64,000 nucleotides of DNA, from positions 9,176,001 through 9,240,000 of the forward strand of contig OX597829.1 in NCBI GenBank assembly GCA_951406725.2. The letters are read 5' to 3'. The notes beneath the pieces were generated by a model, which saw only the letters and a list, made by a program, of their open reading frames with translations, searched no databases and was not told where the DNA came from. The stretch's first letter is position 1, and every line of letters begins with the position of its first letter. A program made the position numbers and the translations under genes. Positions 57,251 through 64,000 of this stretch are shown piece after piece. This DNA is from Octopus vulgaris. Lineage: Eukaryota.

Positions 57251-57781
57251 TCATATATATATATATATATATATATAAAACTGTAGTTGTGTGAGTGTCT
57301 GTCTCCTACGATTTAGATTCCTAACTCCTCCCACATTTTGCGGTGCAGTTTAACCAAATTCGGGTATCTTATAGTCGTGATTAATATCAAGCCCGTCTTG
57401 CTATTAGCGCGCGTCTACGATGAGTCTACGATTTTAAAAATAATTTAACATCATTTTTATTCCATTTTAATGCATAATTTTTCGTGTGTCGATGGCGGCG
57501 GAGTTGGCGTCCACGCTCAAACACCTGCACCTGTGTTTGCTTCTCCCCCTTCTTCCCTCCCTCGTGAAGCTGTGGGGAAGGGAGTTTAAGGAAATCAACG
57601 TCGTAATGCGTTGTCAAGGAGACCAGCGTTCTTTTAGAACAACGACTTCATGGCTTGAAGACACCAAAACAGAAATGGCTAAGAAAGCCCGAATTGGCAT
57701 CTTTAAAGGAAGTAACTCTCTAAAAATGCTTATATAGTTATTTCCCTTACAAACCCGAGCAACGCCGGGCGATACTGCTAG
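57251..57781 (+). mobile_element. Non-autonomous Helitron, tandem copy 2
   Basis: Head-to-tail repeat of copy 1 with the same termini. Confidence 0.88.
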
Positions 57782-59554
57782 TAAATGATAAAAATGAAAC
57801 TCACGCGAATACTATCAACAAAAACAACAACAAGAACAACAATAAAAATGAAATAAATATCTTACCATCTAATAGTGAAGATGTTAATACAACAGAATCA
57901 ACAGCAGCTGTAAAAGCCACTACAAGAATATTTCGGATACAACAACAAAAACACACAACAACAACAACTGCTAGAATATGACAGTAAATTTCGCTGACGC
58001 CCTGCGTCAGAAAAAGGAGATAGTAAAATATAAAATAGTTAATAGAAACGAGAGCACTCTTTACAACCCAAGGGCAGGATTTAGTGCTGCATACACCTCA
58101 ACACATAAAGGAACAAATAGAAAATAAGACAATTATGTATAAAATTATTAAAAAAACAAAAAAACAAAATGAACAGATTACAAAAACTGATATAGAAAAG
58201 TGTTTAAAAAACATAATGAAAAAAAGAATATATAAACTGGTGTCACCAGTTTAATACAGTGGTGGTCGGCTTCCCTAACCAGGAAGTGGCAAAAGCTCAC
58301 TCTACGGAGTCTTTGCAAAATGATGAAATCATCAGGGTACCATATTACAAAGGCCAGAGAGTGAGTAGAATTAGCATTAAAAATGTACCCCCCGAGATAC
58401 CTAACAAATGGATAACAGGAGCAATATGTTACAATTTGAAAACTATAAACATTTTAGAGACTGCCGTATACAAAAACGACAATTGGGGTGGAAAAACAAT
58501 AGAAATCAGCATCCAAATTGATGGGTCCTCTATCGAGAACCTACCTGATAGGATCCATTTAGAAAATGGGCAAAGCCTATATGTTGTATCAGAAGGCAAA
58601 AAGCCTAGATGCTACAACTGTGGCAGCCCAGAACATTTAATTGCCAAGTGCGCTCTGGCACAGAAAAAACAAGAAAGAACAAATCAGAAAGCAAACAAAA
58701 AACCCTTGTTGCCAACACCAACACCAACACCAACACCAACACACTCAATTATGGAACAAAGCCAAGAAAAACAACAAACAAGCAAATAAACCCCAACAGC
58801 ATCACCAAGAAAAGAAACACAATCACCGTTGACGTCGCAACCAATTCAACATACTGAACCATCAAAAGATAAACCAACACCAACACAAAGGACGACAATT
58901 AAAAAGACAGAAAATAGTGACGAGAAGGCAAATTCTACCCCTAACATCACAACAACACAAACACCGCACAATACATCAACAATTTCTAAAAGCATGGATA
59001 TTAACGCAAATGCTTTGCCTTTACCCCCTTCTGATTCGTCGGACGACGAAAGTTCGACGGAATGGCAAATAGCCACAGGGGGTAAAAGGAAAAGACCAAA
59101 ACAGCCCACCAAACAAGGAAGTAAAGCAGGGAGATATTTAACTCCGGACAGCATCCCCCTAGACAATCAAAAAAATCAATGAACCCGCAAAACCACACAC
59201 ACAACTAACTGCAGTAGACACAGACAATAAAAAATTAATGGATTACATTGCATCCAACACGAACATCTGTGAAGATGACTTTAAGACAAACAATCATCCG
59301 CGCACCACACTACCGAAACACATAAGAATTGTACATATAACACAAGCACAACACCATACACTGAAAACAATATTTCCAAATGCGGTAGGCGGGTTTCAAC
59401 GATACCTCTCCAAAAAACTATACAAACACCTCATCAAAGACACTACAAAGAAAAAGAAAATACTGAAACTTTCGAAATGGGTAAGTGACCTTCCCTCTTG
59501 CCTCTCGTCTCTTCCAATGTAGTGTGTGAAACACAATTTTCGTAAACGTCAATT

Positions 59555-62500
59555 ATGCTCAAATTAGGTTGTGTGAATGCGTGTGGCTTGGCGTCGGCTT
59601 GGAAGCAAGATTACCTTCAAAACGAGATCAAGTCACTGAACGTGGATATAGTAGCTATCAGTGAAACCAGACTCAGCAAGCCGCGGGCCCTCGCGTCTAT
59701 GTTTGGCGATCAATTCGACATTTATTTTTCTCCCTGTCTGCCGAACATGGGTGGTGCAGGTACAGCAGTGCTTTTTCGAAAGAGTCTAAATGTAAAAGTA
59801 TGAACAATATTCCTAGACCCGGAGGGTAGGCTTGTTGCTTGGACCTGGATGGCAGAAATGGGTGTGCATTCCGTCTGATGGCAGTTTATGCACCGTCCTT
59901 AACGGGTCGGTCGGATTTCTTCAGACGTCTAGAGGTTTTCCTGGGTACGTCTAGACCTTTACTGTTAGTAGAGGATTGGAACGCTACCTTGGATTATGTG
60001 GGAATGGATAGGAATAGAAGGGGGTGTAAGTGCCTCAAAGACCTGCTCAGACGTTTCCATTTGTCTGACAGGTTCCGACTCGACCTTCCGAACGTGCCAA
60101 CGTGGACTTGGACAAACCGCGTCTGATCGTCGAGATCTTATCTAGATAGAATTCTATGCAGGACAGCGGATAGGGATAGTGTAGGATGTCCACAATTTAA
60201 AATAGTCAGCTACACAGATCACAAATTTGTGACGTGTACGCTCGACTTAGATAAGACATATAGACAGGGTCCCGGTTACTGGAAACTGAACACGTCGCTC
60301 TTAGCGCGACAGGTTTACAGGAACCGGATTAGCGAGTTAATTAAGAGGGCGCTAGCGGGAGCCGTCGTTAACAACCGCTTGTGGTTCGCCCTGAAAATGG
60401 CAATAAAATCGGAATCAATTAAGTTTAGCAAGGAATTAGCGATAGATCGAAACAGAGTAGAGGGAGACCTGGTTAAGAAACTAGAAGAGACACTTACCAC
60501 TGGCAGCGCAATCAACGTGCTGGCTGCGAGGATGGCCCTCGACCAATACCTCAATGCCAAGCACGAAGGTTGCGTCGTCAGAGCTAAAATGCTGCCTTAA
60601 GGAACGAAGGGATCGAAGCTGCGCGAGAGGCCCGGGTAGCGGAGGGGCAGCGTGGCAACAGGGCCACCATTCGGTCTCTAATAGATCAACAGGGATGCAG
60701 TTTACTCGAGCCCGAAAGGATGTGTGAGGCCTTTAAGCAGCACTTTGCTCTGCTGTTTGGTGCGAGTGGTGGGTCGGAACGCGGGATTGATTTCAGTGCC
60801 TACCTGAAAGCGGAGAAGCGAGAGAAGCGGAGTGTTGTGAAAGTCCAATCACAGCCGCTGACGTGCGGGATGCGATGGCGGGCTGCGCGAGGGATAAGTC
60901 GCCTGGATTGGATGGTTTACCCTACGAGCTGTATTGTCAAATGCCAGACTTGTTTGGTGACCTTTGGCATCAGTCTACTGCAACTGGCAACAAAACGAGA
61001 GAATCCCCGGTTTCGTGAGCCGAGGTGCAGTGACGTTGCTGAAGAAAGACCCAAACAAGGGGAATTTTATAGATAATTTCAGGCCCATCACTCTGCTCAA
61101 CACAAATTTGAAAATTTTGGCCAAAGTAATAGCCGAGAGGTGGCGCTTGTCATTGGTAAACTGATCGACAGGGCGCAAACATGCGCCGTGCCGGGCAGAA
61201 CCATACATGACAACCTCCATCTGATGCGCTACATTGTGGACAGGGTAGTTAAGGATCCTGGCATGAGTGAGGCGCTGATCAATTTGGATCAGTCTAAAGC
61301 CTTCGATAGGGTCGACCATCGGTACTTGGCGGCCGTCCTCAGGGCGGCTGGCTTCGGTCCCGTCTTCCGTGGTTGGATCGCTGCCTTGTATAGCGGCATC
61401 CGATCGGTGATTCGGGTGAACGGTCACCTGTCGAAACAGTTTGACATCACGCGTTCGGTCCGTCAGGGGTGTCCCCTGTCGGCGCTTCTGTAGGTATTGA
61501 CTCTCGAGCCGCTACTGCGGAAGCTGGCGACACAGGGGCATCGCACGGGAACTGGGTTGCGGGACGAGTATGTCGGCATATGCGGACGATGTCACCGTCA
61601 TAGTGTCGAGCGACAAACACATCAAGATGATAGGCGAGACACTAAGAAAATACGAAACGGTGACGGGAGCAAAGATTAACCCGGAAAAGTCAGTGGGTTT
61701 GCTACTCGGCACCTGGAGAAGCAAGCCCATGCCGTCCGACTGCGGCTCAGTAGTGGGACGCTGGACGGACGGACCGGTTAAATTGCTCGGGGTCTGGTTC
61801 AGTCCGGACCTCCAAATGGATAAGAACTGGGACGAGATCACGAGTAGAGTGGTCGCTCTCAGCCAAACATGGGCCGAGAGAAAGCTGTCTCTAAAAGGCC
61901 GGGCGGAGGTGGCGAACGCGTACATCGCATCCGTCATCGATTACCGCCTGACCGTCGTTCCTTGTCCCGACGCCACCATCACCAAACTGGAACGCATACT
62001 CTTCCGCTTCCTGTGGAAGTGTGGCGTTCCGATGGTGAGGAAGTCCATTTGCTGTCAACATCCGTTGAATGGAGGACTGGGCATGCCGTGGTTGATGATG
62101 CGCAGGCATGCGCTGAGACTGCGACATCTCTGGAAATTCATCGACGACGGTGAACAGGTGTGGGCGCCGTTTGTGAGGCGCGACTTCCCGCAGCTCGTCT
62201 CACTGACCGAACTGCAAACGTGGATCAAGAAGAGACCGAAACTGGGCGATTGGTACCGAGAGTGTCGCCAAGCTCAACAGCAGCTCTGCCGACCGGGGTC
62301 AAACTTGTGCAACTTACAAACGACTAAAGCGTTCTATAGAGGACTAGTGGAGGGGAGGTCCGACGACACACTCGGGGCGTCGACGAGAAATTCCTAACCC
62401 GCCTGTTCAGGAGGACGTTCGGGCCGGGGCCTATGGATTACTTCCAGAAATGCCTGGCTTGGCAGTGCTATCGAGACGCACTACCTGTTCGAGAGAAGAG

Positions 62501-62957
62501 CTACAGGCACGGTTCGAAAACCATCACCGGACCGACCTGCCCGAGATGCGGTCAGAGCGACGAAACCGTTCTGCACGCACTCGTGCAGTGTGCAGATATT
62601 TCAGAGCTGTGGACCTTCGTCTAACAGCTGTTGTCACGTGTAGGTCGGGCTCGCCTATCGGCCGAGTCTGTCGTGAATATTGTTCCACCACCTTCCTTTA
62701 AACGGGAAGGGAAAACGGTTTTCGTTACGCTGATGGCTATGGCGAAAGAATGTGTGTGGTGGACGCCTTTGAAAAGACTGCAAACAAACACCTTCCTCTC
62801 TGGTTAATCTCTCGTCAACTTTTTCAAGTACCACTTGAAAAGGAGGATGAGAATAGAGAGGAAGGCTTTGTCGAACGAATGTTTTAATAAAAAGTGGGTA
62901 AAAGTGGCAAAAACGGTCAGTATGAAAGACGACACTATTTTAAGCATAAATCTGTAA
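59555..62957 (+). pseudogene. ORF2 of Tx1-type copy B (APE-RT-zinc finger), disrupted
   Basis: Multiple stops and frameshifts, but all domains are present in order. Confidence 0.92.
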
Positions 62958-63241
62958 CCAAAAGAGACAACGGGATGTAAGGTGACTTACTCATGTGTTC
63001 ATTTTCGAACTGTCTGAGGTGACCTTGGTCTTTTTTTTAGGTTTTTCTTTCCAAGGCTACACCTAAACTGTGAACTTTATATATATATATTGCTTTTTTA
63101 TACACCACACAACCCACAGATCCCTATTGATCAAACGTCTTTTTTTTTGTGCCCCACCCATCCCACCTCGAAAAGAAAAAATTCTACATTGTATTTCGTC
63201 CATTTTTATTCTGTTTTGCCCTGTGTGGCTACAATAAAAAG

Positions 63242-63334
<93 letters not shown>

Positions 63335-63345
63335 CATCCATCCAC

Positions 63346-63412
<67 letters not shown>

Positions 63413-63421
63413 CTATCTATC

Positions 63422-63452
<31 letters not shown>

Positions 63453-63457
63453 CTATG

Positions 63458-63531
<74 letters not shown>

Positions 63532-63534
63532 CAT

Positions 63535-64000
63535 ATCTATCTATCTATTTTTTTCGCCTTCCCTCTTGGCTATTCGTGGTTCAAAGGGGCATGCAACATC
63601 AACTACACAGTATATATGGTGCACCTTGTCCACCACTGCAAGGTCCGGTCAGTTATGCTCTAACACCTGATCTGTTTGGATTGGGAAATCCCAGAGGATT
63701 TTGCTAATCTCCGACTCCGCCACTCTCTATTGCTTGTGCTCATGCCACGTATTGCCTCTCTCTAATCCCCACTTTTCGCAGTTTCCAACGTAGCACTTTC
63801 GCTACTTGATCGTGTCGCCACAACTTGTAGTGGTTTTGGGTAAGTCTTGGGCATTCGTTTGTGATATGGACAATGGTTTCATCCATTCTGTTGCAGGTGC
63901 GGCACAGCGGAGACACTTGCTCATTCCTCAGGTTGACTTTCCAGTTCGTGGCCAAAGCTTGGTCTTGCGCAGCGAATATAGTACTCTCGGTCTCTTTTTT
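63535..64000 (-). mobile_element. Upstream part of the older R4-type element (knuckle and RLE), running off the window
   Basis: ETESTIFAAQDQAL...CRTC...ETIVHITNEC...RHDQV...ILWDFPIQTD...PDLAVVD...VDVACP...EGEK. Confidence 0.88.

Larger units (their letters stand above)
56400..63241 (+). mobile_element. Tx1-type non-LTR retrotransposon, copy B
   Basis: ORF1 remnants at about 57780-59522. ORF2 59555-62957 with APE, complete RT motifs (VRQGCPLS, AYADDV, LLG) and CPRC zinc finger. AATAAA at 63233-63238, then (TATC)n. Confidence 0.93.

Overview
AT-rich, microsatellite-saturated eukaryotic DNA with no confidently identifiable host gene. The SINE families and repeat landscape resemble those of Octopus (inference from pattern recognition, not a search). 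Most long ORFs in the track are simple-repeat artefacts. Real coding remnants all belong to transposons: two decayed Tx1-type (L1 group) LINEs (about 39.0-44.6 kb and 56.4-63.2 kb, +), a solo ORF1 of a related family (35.1-36.8 kb, -), a nearly intact Dong/R4-type RT+RLE element in a (TAA)n tract (52.9-55.9 kb, -), an older R4-type element split by the second Tx1 copy, a CR1/L2-group 3' end, and maT (DD37D), Tc1 and pogo/Tigger fragments. There are also MITEs, non-autonomous Helitrons and many tRNA-derived SINEs. The least expected signal is eight hammerhead-ribozyme-like motifs in short repeat units next to microsatellites, resembling Penelope-like terminal repeats or retrozymes. They show stem covariation, three copies share a non-canonical CUGUNGA core, and one sits at the centre of a long palindrome. 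The right end of the window is a multi-layer nest of insertions whose junctions can be read almost base by base, including an exact A|T Helitron empty site and evidence of (TATC)n targeting by the Tx1 family.
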